Below, in pieces: positions 24,261 to 35,799 of a stretch of DNA of 64,000 bases. The notes beneath the pieces are model-generated. The model saw only the letters and a program-made list of their open reading frames with translations. It was not told the DNA's origin and ran no database searches. Position 1 is the first letter of the stretch. Each line of letters begins with the position of its first letter. The position numbers were made by a program, and so were the translations under genes. The stretch comes from Camelus dromedarius (Eukaryota): NCBI RefSeq assembly GCF_036321535.1, contig NC_087436.1:15252001-15316000 (forward strand), in the 5' to 3' direction.

Positions 24261-27200
24261 GTGGGTATCGATTGGGAGGCTGCATTGAGCTTGGCAGCTG
24301 GGGATGCTCTGCAGGGGGCTGCGGGTGGAGCGTCCCGATGGCTTCAGTTGTACTGCAGAACGAGATGTGATGACCTTGGCTCACCAGCCCTTATGATCAG
24401 TGCGCCTCAGAAAACGAGACATGGCGTCTCCTGTCAGTTATTTCTTGTGTATAGAAGTGAACAGTCACCCACCACTGCCGGGGAGGCGTCCTGAAGACGG
24501 TCCAGCTGTAACAGATGAATGTTTCCCTGTGCATCTGGGAGACAAAGGAAAATCAAAGTATAGGCTTTCCAGATGTCTGACAGTATTGAACCATGACAGG
24601 GTCTGGCAGGAAGCTGGGCTCTCAAAAAGCCAGCCAGTTGTATTACTGCTTGTAGAGGGAAACATTCCACACAAAATGCCAAAAACTCGGACCAGAAGTG
24701 TCGGTCCTCTGAGGCTTGAGAATGCTTCTGAAGAGAATCTGACACCGCGCAGATCTGTCAGGGATTTTCCATCCTCCCAGGGCTGCTGGGACTTTGTAGT
24801 TTCCCTTTGTCACGGCAATGTTAAAGCGACACAGTGGCCATGAAGTGGCATTCCATCACGGATGCTTTCCTGTCTGTCAGGGAGGAAGTGGCAGGTCCTG
24901 CTGCGTCTCTCAGGGGCAGGGTGTCCACTGCACTCATCGTGGGCAGCACGTGAATCGCTGGGAACGCCAGAGCTTTGCATTTTAATTGACCCATAATAAC
25001 ACATAGGGATGTCAGGGGATTTGTATTTGTGTTCAGACTTACCCACTTCAGTAACAACACCCAGTGTTTCTGGTCCAACACAGGCCAGCGAATGTTGAAT
25101 GAATGAGTCTTTCTGTATCATCTGTTAATCAGTTAATCTGAAAAGTATCCAGAGAGTATCCAAAACTCGGTTTTGGTAAATCGACTTCAGAAAAACACAC
25201 AAGTGCTAAGAGGCTTCAGGTTAAAAGGTGTTCCGTACAAGCTGCACGTGAAGGCTCTCACCACCGGGATTGGACACGGTGGGTTATTTTCTCATCCTTA
25301 GAGTTGATCGCTGCCTCCTCTGGGCTGCTGTTGTCTCTTACACCTCTGCGGCGATTACATCGGCTGTATTTTAATTATTTATTAATTAATGTATTTTGTT
25401 CAGTGCCTTGAACACAAGGACTGTTCCATCCTCTCTCTTTGTCACTCAGGGCAGATTAGCTCATCAACAGTGCTAATTAAGCGCATTAAGCCAAGTCTTT
25501 GTGTGAGTCAGTTCGTCTTTGTGAGTCAGTTAGTCTGCATCTTGTTCAGAGTACCTTTTAACCTGAAACCTCTTAAAACTCACCAATTTTTCCCAAGTTG
25601 ATTTAACAAAACTGAGTTTTAGCCTCACACATCTTCCCCACCATCTTGAATTTCCAGCCCGCTTGAAATAAACTCCAGACTAAACACTAAAGCCTAAATT
25701 CCAGTCCTGCATTTTGTAACATGTTTGCCGAATTCTATAATGGGTGGGAGGACCCAGACCAAGCCTCCGCCGCCACAGACAGTGCCCTCACTGGCCCCGG
25801 AAGGAAGCCCCTGCGGCAGAGACACGTCTGTATCTGTGCCCGGGCCCCACACCTCTGTCTTTCAGGTGCCACAGCCTCGGAGGTCTTGAATAAATATTTG
25901 CTGAAGGTGGCAAGTGATGAGTGGGTCTCACTTTTCATAGTTTAAGGCCCTGTTTAGGGGAACTTCTTTTTGATCTATTCATTTCAGCACTTTTATTAGC
26001 ATCTCCTATGTAGCAGGTACTGAGATAGGGACAAAGTTGTTGTTGTTGTTGTTTTTAATGTTTTCTTTGCTTTCTAAGAGCGTGTGTGTATATGTGTGTG
26101 TGGCACTACAGCTAACCAACCCCGGGGCAGGCTGCAATGTACAATGTAGGCTGGGAGCCCAGAGGAGGTAATGATTACCTTGATGGGACAACAGGGGGAA
26201 AAAATTAAAGAAGAAGGTGGTTTTGAGCCAGTTTTGTAGGGACTTACTCTTTTGATATATTAAAAATATGCTTATTTTTACAGCTTGCAAATAATGTATT
26301 AGGTGATTAGTTTGGGGTTTTTTTTTTCAATATATGTAATGTCTAGTACTAGAAATTCTCAAGACAGGTGAGAAGAGAACTTGATCGGAATGGAAAGAGA
26401 ATGATTCAGACACTTTCCTGAAATTCGCCATCCTGAGCTCCTGATGACTTGGGTCATCAGTGGAAGCTGAGTTACTCATAACGTACTCATAACGGTGTGT
26501 CCGTGTTTTCTCCTGCCTTCATCAGAAACACAACAGATTGCCAAGAAGGGCAGATGCACAAATCTAATGAACCATCTTTCAATCTAAAGAGTGCCCAGGA
26601 GTATTCATTAAATCAGTAGCTGTGGTGGAGGTGTGCTCTGCAGAGCTTTGACTCTATGCTTCTGCTTCCGGATCGCTCATTAATTAAACATGATGCACAT
26701 AACCCACTCCCACACAGGCCTCACCCACCACCAACAAAAAACTTTAAAACTCAACTCTAGCCTTTAACTTATCCTGTCATCTTACAGCACTGATTGCGTA
26801 TTGATCATTTCTTCCTGGTATTTACAGAGCTCTGACGTGGGTGTATCTTGTCACCCGACACAATGTCTGGCACATAGGAGGCATCCGTGAATGGCTGGAC
26901 AGACAGGTAGATGAACAGGGCACTATCATGGCGCTTAGGGAGGTCCTAGGAGAAGCAGCAATCCTATTAAGCATCCCTGTTTCCAAAGGTCGGATACATA
27001 AACCATTGACCACATGAACCTTTTTGACAGGCCAGCAAGTCAGGGGGTGGCATGTGTGTCCCTGAGCTCCGGGAAAGAAGGCTGATATTTGCCCCTCAGC
27101 CACTCCACATGCAGTGGCTGGCCACACGTCCCTCAGTCTCTCTGACTCTTGTTTTCTGAACTGGTTTCTTTAGGACATTAAATCAACTCTACATTCTGAT

Positions 27201-29895
27201 TTTGTCTCTTAAACCCTCCTGAGAATCCCCTCCCAAGAGATAAACCTGTATTACTATTTTTTCGTCTGGCCTCATAAAAAGGACCTCGCCCCACGTGAAA
27301 TTTCAACCTACTTAGCTAACCTTTCTTCCCTACCTTGTGTCAAACTCTCTTGATTTCTGACCTCATTTGTAAGGATCAAGGAATAGAAATCCAGAAGCTG
27401 AGATCTCGGCGTTAGAATTCTGAAGTAGGAGAGACTCTAATAGCCTAGCAGGTCCTTTTCTGAGCCAGTGTATCCAGGAGTAATTATTAGAACGGTCTAG
27501 ATTATACACATGTGCATTTTCCTTAGCTGATAACCCAGGTGATTTCTGTGGGGGATCTCTTCTTAAACCCAGCTTTACTGAACTCAGAACACAAACGAAT
27601 TGCAGTCACTGGCTGACAAGCAGCCCGGAGTAGAGGCCGTTGGCTGACAGCAGGCTCTGCAGTTCATGGCCGACCACCTTCTCGTCCGTGCTCCCAGCTT
27701 CCTCGAGGTCGGTACCGTCCACCTCCCCATCCTCCTGGGGAGGAAACGTCACCTCTGTGGGTAAGTGTCAGATGCTGAGTGACTTCGTCAGGCCTGTGGG
27801 GAAGCTGAGTTCAGGGCCCAGACTTTTCTAAGCTCTCCTGCCTGCTGGCATGTGTCATGTGCCATAAGCCCAAACAGAAATAATGTTTCAAGTTCATTGC
27901 TATTTGGCTCACTTAATAGAGAAAACAGAGTGTTTACAATTGTTGATATGAATGCTTTATCTGGCCCCACTGATGCTTCATGAAGCACGGTCATAGAACA
28001 TCAGTTCCTTTTAAACTTTTGCCCACCCTTTAGGTTTTTAAGATGCCAGACTGTCCTATAAATAAACACAAAGTGCTGGCTACTATACTTAGTGAAAATA
28101 ATCAACTCCAATGAAAAGCAGAAATTATGTTTATTTTCTAAGTAGAAAATTTAAGTCAGAAAAGAAATGTAGGCTCTCCTCTGCAGTGTTACTTACTTTG
28201 ATTCTTAGACTCTCTGTCGTTGGTCCTTGGCCCCTTCTGGCTGAGTCATTGAGAAGGGCCTCCGCCCAGGGTGGGGCGGGGGCGAGTTGTAGATTCTGTG
28301 GGATGGTTCTGCCCAGTATCTCACGTCATGCACTTGGTAAGGGATGCATGTGAGCTCACAGCGTGACTGGCAGAAAGATTTCAGTCTCATCTGCTGTGAA
28401 AGATTCCAGTGGAGGAAGGGCAGAGCGGCCCCAGTTCAGTGTTTCCCGAGAGCCCTCGGTGCTCACTATAGCGCCCAGTCCTGCTGTCAGATGTAAGAGC
28501 TTTATCTTTTCCGGGTTGTTTGTAAGTCTTCTGAGTAGCCCTATGGGTCAGTGATTGAGAGACAGACACTCTGGGTTCCAGACCTCACCTCTGACACTTA
28601 GGAGCTGGAAGGGCTCAGCAAACGTACCCAAAGCTATTCCCTCCCCAGAGGAAGGAGGAGGGGTGTGAGTCACTTACCCCGAAGGTGACAGGCACAGGGC
28701 ATCTTCAGTGAATCGAAAGAATCTCAGTACAGCCAAGCAGATTCCCGGGAACAGGCTGGCACAGAAAAGAGCACCAGGCAGCTGCTAACACATCAAGAGC
28801 CGTGCGAGGCAGGATCTTAAGGAAAATCCAACATGGGCCCAGCGAGACTGTCGGGAGACGTGACTGAGACCCTCCAGGGCAATGCCTTGCTGCGGTATGC
28901 GTCTGCCTGTGTGTGCAACCTCAAGGCGCGTGGTCTTGTTTGAACAACTTCATTCCCCCAGCTGGTTATTCCCCATTTAAAGTCATAATCTTTTGTTTCT
29001 GACATCATGGAAAAGGTTAAGGTGTCTCTAAGGAACAAAGAAACAAAGTATATCATGACTGTGGTTGGTTGTCAAATGGATTGTTTTCCAAGAGTTTTGC
29101 TTTGAGTCTCTCGTTAGCTGGAAATGGCCTGGTTTTCTATCTGGATGAATTGCCTAGGAAATAATTCCCTGTGATAAATAGCTGTGTATCCCATAGCTAA
29201 TGCTGCTTTAAAGCTAGTAGTTTAAAAAAGCATCTGAAGCCTTATTGACTGGTTTTAGACTGCCCTGACTTACCGAGGAGCAAAGGACGACGCACCGTCT
29301 AACTGCAGCCAGAGGAAAATCCATTCGATCACCCTCGTCACCATATTTCAGCTCCATGCAATTTTCAAAATTGATTTTATTCTTCATTTTATAAAATTGC
29401 ACCCAGTGCTTGCCAGCTTAAGGATGCTTTCACAGTTAGTCTCTGCACTGGAAAAATAACCAGTATTTTGTTCTGGGAAAGCTGAATCAAAAGACGTGTC
29501 TTCTGACTTGACCCCTGCAAAACCCCCCGTTCATTTGACTCAGGTGTGAATGCCGGGGGGTGGGTGCTTTCAGAGGTGAGGATCGTCTGGGTTCAGAGCC
29601 GTCTGCCCCTCAGGGACCTGCGCACCAGGAGGAGTGCATCCTGAGCCCTAGCCATGGGGACTCCACGGGGCTGTGTTCCGAGCCCATCTGGAAGCCTCCC
29701 TTCCTGTCTGTGGGATGGCTTCCTTTTGGGGACAGTTAACAGAAAGTCGCTATTGAGTGACACAGGCCCCCTCCCTGCCAGGACCTCTAGACAACCGTGG
29801 CGTTAGGCTCATTAAAATGTGATTGTCTTCAGAATTGATTTCTTGACAGCATGCTCTCTGTGTCCCATTCTTGTGGAGGCTTTGATTATGCCTAT

Positions 29896-29910
29896 CTGCT
29901 GTCAACTTTT
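29896..29910. repeat. Left target-site duplication of the full-length L1 (CTGCTGTCAACTTTT)
   Basis: Identical 15-mer at 37011-37025. Confidence 0.95.
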
Positions 29911-30230
29911 TTTTTTTAACATTGTTATTGATTTATAATCATTTTACAATGTTGTGTCAAATTCCAGTGTTCAGCACAATTTTTCAGTTATTCATGGACA
30001 TATACACACTCATTGTCACATTTTTTTCTCTGTGAGTTATCATAACATTTTGTGTATATTTCCCTGTGCTATACAGTGTAGTCTATTCTACAATTTTGAA
30101 ATCCCAGTCTATCCCTTCCCACCCTCCACCCCCCTGGTAACCACAAGTCTGTATTCTCTGTCTGTGAGTCCATTTCTGTCCTTTATTTACGCTTTGTTTT
30201 TGTTTGTTTGTTTGTTTTTGTTTTTGTTTT

Positions 30231-33200
30231 TTAGATTCCACATATGAGCGATCTCATATAGTATTTTTCTTTCTCTTTCTGGCTTATTTCACTTAGAATG
30301 ACATTCTCCAGGAGCATCCATGTTGCTGCAAATGGCATTATGTTGTCAGTTTTTATGGCTGAGTAGTATTCCATTGTATAAATATACCACATCTTCTTTA
30401 TCCAGTCACCTGTTGATGGACATTTAGGCTGTTTCCATGTTTTGGCTATTGTAAATAGTGCTGCTATGAACATTGGGGTGCAGGTGTCATCCTGAAGTAG
30501 ATTTCCTTCTGGATACAAGCCCAGGAGTGGGATTCCTGGGTCATATGGTAAGTCTATTCCTAGTCTTTTGAGGAATCTCCACACTGTTTTCCATAGTGGC
30601 TGCACCAAACTGCATTCCCACCAGCAGTGTAGGAGGGTTCCCCTTTCTCCACAGCCTCTCCAGCATTTGTCATTTGTGGATTTTTGAATGACGGCCATTC
30701 TGACTGGTGTGAGGTGGTACCTCATTGTAGTTTTGATTTGCATTTCTCTGATAATTAGTGATATGGAGCATTTTTTCATGTGCTTTTTGATCATTTGTAT
30801 GTCTTCCTTGGAGAATTGCTTGTTTAGGTCTTCTGCCCATTTTTGGATTGGGTTGTTTATTTTTTTCTTATTGAGTCACATGAGCTGCTTATATATTCTG
30901 GAGATCAAGCCTTTATCGGTTTCACTTGCAAAAATTTTCTCCCATTCCGTAGGTTTTCTTCTTGTTTTATTTCTGGTTTCCTTTGCTGTGCAGAAGCTTG
31001 TAAGTTTCATTAGGTCCCATTTGTTTATTCTTGCTTTTATTTCTTCTAGGAGAAAATTTTTGAGATGTATGTCAGATAATGTTTTGCCTATGTTTTCCTC
31101 TAGGAGGTTTATTGTATCTTGTCTTATGTTTAAGTCTTTAATCCATTTTGAGTTGATTTTTGTATATGGTGTAAGGGAGTGTTCTAGCTTCACTGTTTTC
31201 CATGCTGCTGTCCAGTTTTCCCAACACCATTTGCTGAAGAGACTGTCTTTATTCCAATGTATATTCTTGCCTCCTTTGTCAAAGATGAGTTGACCAAAAG
31301 TTTGTGGGTTCATTTCTGGGCTCTCTATTCTGTTCCATTGGTCTATATGTCTGTTTTGGTACCAATACCATGCTGTCTTGATGACTGTAGCTCTATAGTA
31401 TTGTCTGAAGTCTGGGAGAGTTATTCCTCCAGCCTCTTTCTTTCTCTTCAGTAATGCTTTGGCAATTCTAGGTCTTTGATGGTTCCATATGAATTTTATT
31501 ATGATTTGTTCTAGTTCTGTGAAATCTGTCCTGGGTAATTGGATAGGGATTGCATTAAATCTGTAGATTGCCTTGGGCAGTGTGAGCATTTTAACAATAT
31601 TGATTCTTCCAATCCAAGAGCATGGAATATCTTTCCATTTTTTAAAGTCTTCTTTAATTTCCTTCATCAATGGTTTATAGTTTTCTGTGTATAATTCTTT
31701 CACCTCCTTGGTTAGATTTATTCCCAGATATTTTATTACTTTGGGTGCTATTTTAAAGGGGATTGTTTCTTTACTTTCTTCTTCTGTTGATTTATCGTTA
31801 GTGTAAAGATATGCAACTGATTTTTGAACGTTAATTTTGTAACCTGCTACCTTGCTGAATTCTTCAATCAGCTCTAGTAGCTTTTGTGTGGACCTTTTAG
31901 GGTTTTCTACATATAGTAACATGTCATCAGCATATAATGACACTTTTACCTCTTCTTTTCCAATTTGGATCCCTTTTATTTCTTTCTCTTGCCTGACTGC
32001 TGTGGCTAGGACTTCCAGGACTATACTGAATAGGAGTGGTGATAGTGGGCATCCTTGTCTTGTCCCAGATTTTAGTGGGAAGCTTTTGAGTTTTTCACCG
32101 TTGAGTACTATGCTGGCTGTAGGTTTGTCATATATAGCTTTTATTATGTTGAGATATGTTCCCTCTATACCCACTTTAGTGAGAGTTTTTATCATAAATG
32201 GGTGTTGAATTTTATCAAATGCTTTTTCTGCATCGATTGAGATGATCACGTGGTTTTTGTCCTTTCTCTTGTTGATGTGATGTATTACACTGATTGATTT
32301 GCGTATGTTGAACCAGCCTTGTGTCCCTGGGATGAACCCCACTTGGTCATGATGTATAATCTTTTTTATGTGTCGTTGGATTCTATTTCCTAAAATTTTG
32401 GTGAGGATTTTGGCGTCTATGTTCATCAGTGATATTGGCCTATAATTCTCTTTTTTTGTAGTGTCTTTGCCTGGTTTTGGTATCAGGGTGATGGTGGCTT
32501 CATAGAATGAGTTTGGGAGTATTCCCTCCTTTTCAATCGTCTGGAAGAGTTTGAGAAGGACTGGTATGAGTTCTTCTTTGTATGTTTGGTAGAATTCCCC
32601 GGTGAAGCCGTCCGGTCCTGGACTTTTATTTGTAGGGAGGTTTTTAATTGCTATTTCTATTTCCTTTCTAGTGATCGGATTGTTCAAGTGTTCAGATTCT
32701 TCTTGATTCAGTTTTGGTGGACAGTATGTTTCCAGAAACTTGTCCATCTCCTCTAGGTTATCCAGTTTGGTTCCATATAGTTTTTCATAATATTCTCGTA
32801 TGATATTCTGTATTTCTATTTTGTTTGTTGTAATTTCTCCATTTTCCTTTCTTATTTTGCTAATTTGTGCTCTCTCTTTTTTCTTCTTTGTGAGTTTGGC
32901 CAGAGGTTTTGTCGATTTTATTTACTTTTTCAAAAAACCAGCTTTTGGTTTGGTTGATTTTTTCTATGGTCTTGTTAATCTCTATTGTATTTAATTCCTC
33001 TCTGATCTTTATTATTTCCTTCCTTCTGCTGCTTTTTGGGGCTTTTTGTTCTTCTTTTTCTAATTCATTCAGGTGGTGGGTTAAGTTGTTTATTTGAGAT
33101 TGTTCTTCTTTTTTGAGGAAGGCCTGTATCGCTATAAACTTCCTCTTAGCACTGCCTTTGCTGTGTCCCATAGGTTTTGAGTGGTTGTGCTTTCATTATC

Positions 33201-34028
33201 ATTTGTCTCAAGGTATTTTTTAATTTCAGCTTTGATTTCCTCATTGATCCATTGTTTTTTCAATAACATATTGTTTAATCTCCATGCTTTCCTTTTTTTC
33301 TCCTTTGTTTCTCTGTTGTTGATTTCCAGTTTCATGGCATTGTGGTCAGTAAAGATGCTTGAGATAATTTCTATCTTCTTAAAATTGTTGAGGTTTCTTT
33401 TGTGCCCAAGTACATGATCGATCCTGGAAAATGTTCCATGTGCACTTGAAAAGAATGTATATCCTATTTTTGGGGGGTGTAATGCTCTGAAAATATCCAC
33501 CAAATCTAGTTTTTCTATTGTAGTATTTAATTTCTCTGTTGCCTTGTTTATTTTCTGTCTGGAAGATCTGTCTAGTGATGTTAATGCAGTGTTAAAATCT
33601 CCAACTATGATTGTATTCCCATCAATATCCCTCTTTATCTCTGTTAGTAATTCTTGTATGTACTTAGGTGCTCCTATATTGGGTGCATATATATTAATGA
33701 GTGTAATATCCTCATCTTGTATCCCTCCTTTAATCATTATAAAATGTCCTTCTTTATCTTTCTTTATGGCCTTTGTTTTAAAGTCTATTTTGTCTGAAAT
33801 CAGTACTGCAACACCTGCTTTTTTGGCTTTTCCATTTGCATGGAATATCCTTTTCCATCCTTTCACTCTCAATCTATATGTGTCCTTCTCCCTAAAGTGG
33901 GTCTCTTGTATGCAGCATATTGAAGGTTCTTGCTTTATTATCCAGTCTGCCACTCTGTGTCTTTTGACTGGAGCATTTAGTCCGTTAACATTTACAGTAA
34001 TTAATGATAGATGTGTGTTTATTGCCGT
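30231..34028 (-). pseudogene. L1 ORF2 (APE endonuclease, reverse transcriptase, CCHC), disrupted
   Basis: N-terminus (T)AINTHLSLITVNVNGLNAPVKRHR; EN motifs CCIQETH, GDFN and TDHNA; RT QGCPLSP and YADD; CCHC '[18 protein letters not shown]'. Lesions: ACG start, -1 at ~33141, +1 at 32907-32910, in-frame TGA at 30876-30878. Confidence 0.95.
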
Positions 34029-34246
34029 TTTGAACTTATCTTTGCAGTTGAATTGGTATATCCTCTTTGTTCCTTTCTTCTTCCTTTTGTGGTTTGGTAA
34101 TTTTCCTTTGTATTATCATGGATTTTATTTACTTTTTGTGACTCCTTTGTAAATTTTTGGCTTGTGGTTACCCTTTTTTGTAAATCTGTCAACCCATTAC
34201 TATAACTGTTTTTATTAAACTGATAGTAACATGATCTCAAACCCAT
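34019..34246 (-). other. 75-codon ATG-initiated ORF in the L1 inter-ORF spacer; its stop overlaps the ORF2 start
   Basis: Present in the ORF track; homologous in-frame relic at 3767-3630 in the older L1. Translation not demonstrated. Confidence 0.45.
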
Positions 34247-34433
34247 CCTACTGTTAAAAAAAATTTAAAAAAGAAAGAAAAAAATATTCTATACTTCCCT
34301 GCCTCCCTCTCCCACTCTCAGTGATTTGTATGTCTTCTTTTATAATTTCATGTTTACTTTATTTGTAATTCATGAGTTATCACCTTTCCAGTTGTGTGTT
34401 TCTCATTTCTGTAGCATCCTGCTGCTTTTCTAT

Positions 34434-35338
34434 TTAGAATAGCCCTTTCAGTATTTCTTTTAGCATGGGTTTAGTGTTGCTAAACTCCTGCAGCTTTTTT
34501 TTTGTCTGTGAAACTCTTTATTTCTCCTTGTATCCTCAAGGATAGCCTTGCTGGATAAAGGATCCTAGGCTGCATCTTTTTTTCATTCAGGGCTTTGAAT
34601 ATATCTTGCCACTCCCTTCTGGCCTGTAGTGTTTGTGTAGAGAAATCAGCTGAGAGCCTTATGGGGGTTCCCTTGTAACTTACTCTTTGCTTTTCTCTTG
34701 CTGCCTTTAGAATCATTTCTTTATCCTTGACTCTGGCCATCTTGATTATGATATGTCTTGGTGTGGGTCTATTTGGGTTCTTCCTGTTTGGGACCCTCTG
34801 AGCTTCCTGTACTTGGATATCTGATTCCTTCTTTTAAGTTTGGGAAGTTTTCAGTCATGATTTCTTCAAAAACCTTTTCAATCCCCTTTGATCTTTCTTC
34901 TCCTTCTGGGACCCCTATTATGCGAAGATTGGGACGCTTTATATTATCCCATAGGTCCCTTATGCTATTTTCATTATTTTTTATTTGCTTCTCTTGTAGT
35001 TCTTCTGAATGGGTGCTTTCTATTGCCCTGTCTTCTAGATCACTAATTCGTTCCTCTGCATTATCTAGTTGGCTTTGCACAGCTATTAGATCATTCCTCA
35101 TCTCTGTCAATGAGTTTGCCCATTCTACTTGGCTCTTCTTTATAGCTTCAATTTCATTTTTGACATATTTTATATCTCTAAACACTATCTCTTTTAATTC
35201 CTTCAGCAATTCGATCACTCCTTTTTTGAAATCTTGATCTAGTAGGCTATCGATGTCTATTTCGTTGATCTTTCTTTCAGGGGATTTCTCTTGTTCTTTT
35301 AATTGGGAAAGGTTTTCCTGCTTCTTCATCTTGCTCAT
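34434..35338 (-). pseudogene. L1 ORF1 (coiled coil, RRM, CTD) with two +1 frameshifts
   Basis: MSKMKKQ...LWDNIKRPNLRIIGVPEGEE...ENFPNL / ILKAAREK...IRLSADFS...YPARLS. Extra A in the runs at 34832-34835 and 34495-34503; restored stop TAA at 34436-34434. Confidence 0.93.
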
Positions 35339-35799
35339 ACCTCTTTGGCACTTTATGGAGTATCAGTTGTTTATTTTGGTCCTTAAGGATTTTATCTATC
35401 TGATGCCTATTTAGGAATAGAACTTAGGAAAAAAAGAAAAAAAAATAGAGAGAGAGAAAGAATTTTAAAAGAAGGAAGAAAGAGGGTTTGAAAACAGTGT
35501 ATAATGAATAATAAAAGAGTGAGTTGAAGCAGAGTATTAATCGGGTTGAGACGTCCTTTTAAAAACTTTACAAAAAAAAGGGGGGGGGGAGATGAATAGA
35601 TGTATTTGAAACCTGTGTCTAATCAATAGCAGGACATCAAAACCCAAGAGAAATAGAAATGAATTAAGAAGTAAAGATTAAGAGAGTAATAGAAAATAGA
35701 ACAGGTAAAAACAGATTTAAAAAAAAGGGGGGGGGGGGTTTGTCGGTGTTCTCCTGGAGTCTGTGTGCTTTTAATGTGAAGTCTTTCTGTCTTCGTCCT

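Noticed and set aside
23940..24494. 184-aa ORF as a standalone gene
   Set aside because: It is GATB exon 9 plus open intronic flanks. The same applies to 7807-8052, 10279-10584, 10930-11211, 18477-18857 and 52658-52876.
27640..27766. Possible cryptic exon ending at GG|gtaagt in intron 9
   Set aside because: Good donor, but no convincing polypyrimidine acceptor and no recognisable protein similarity.
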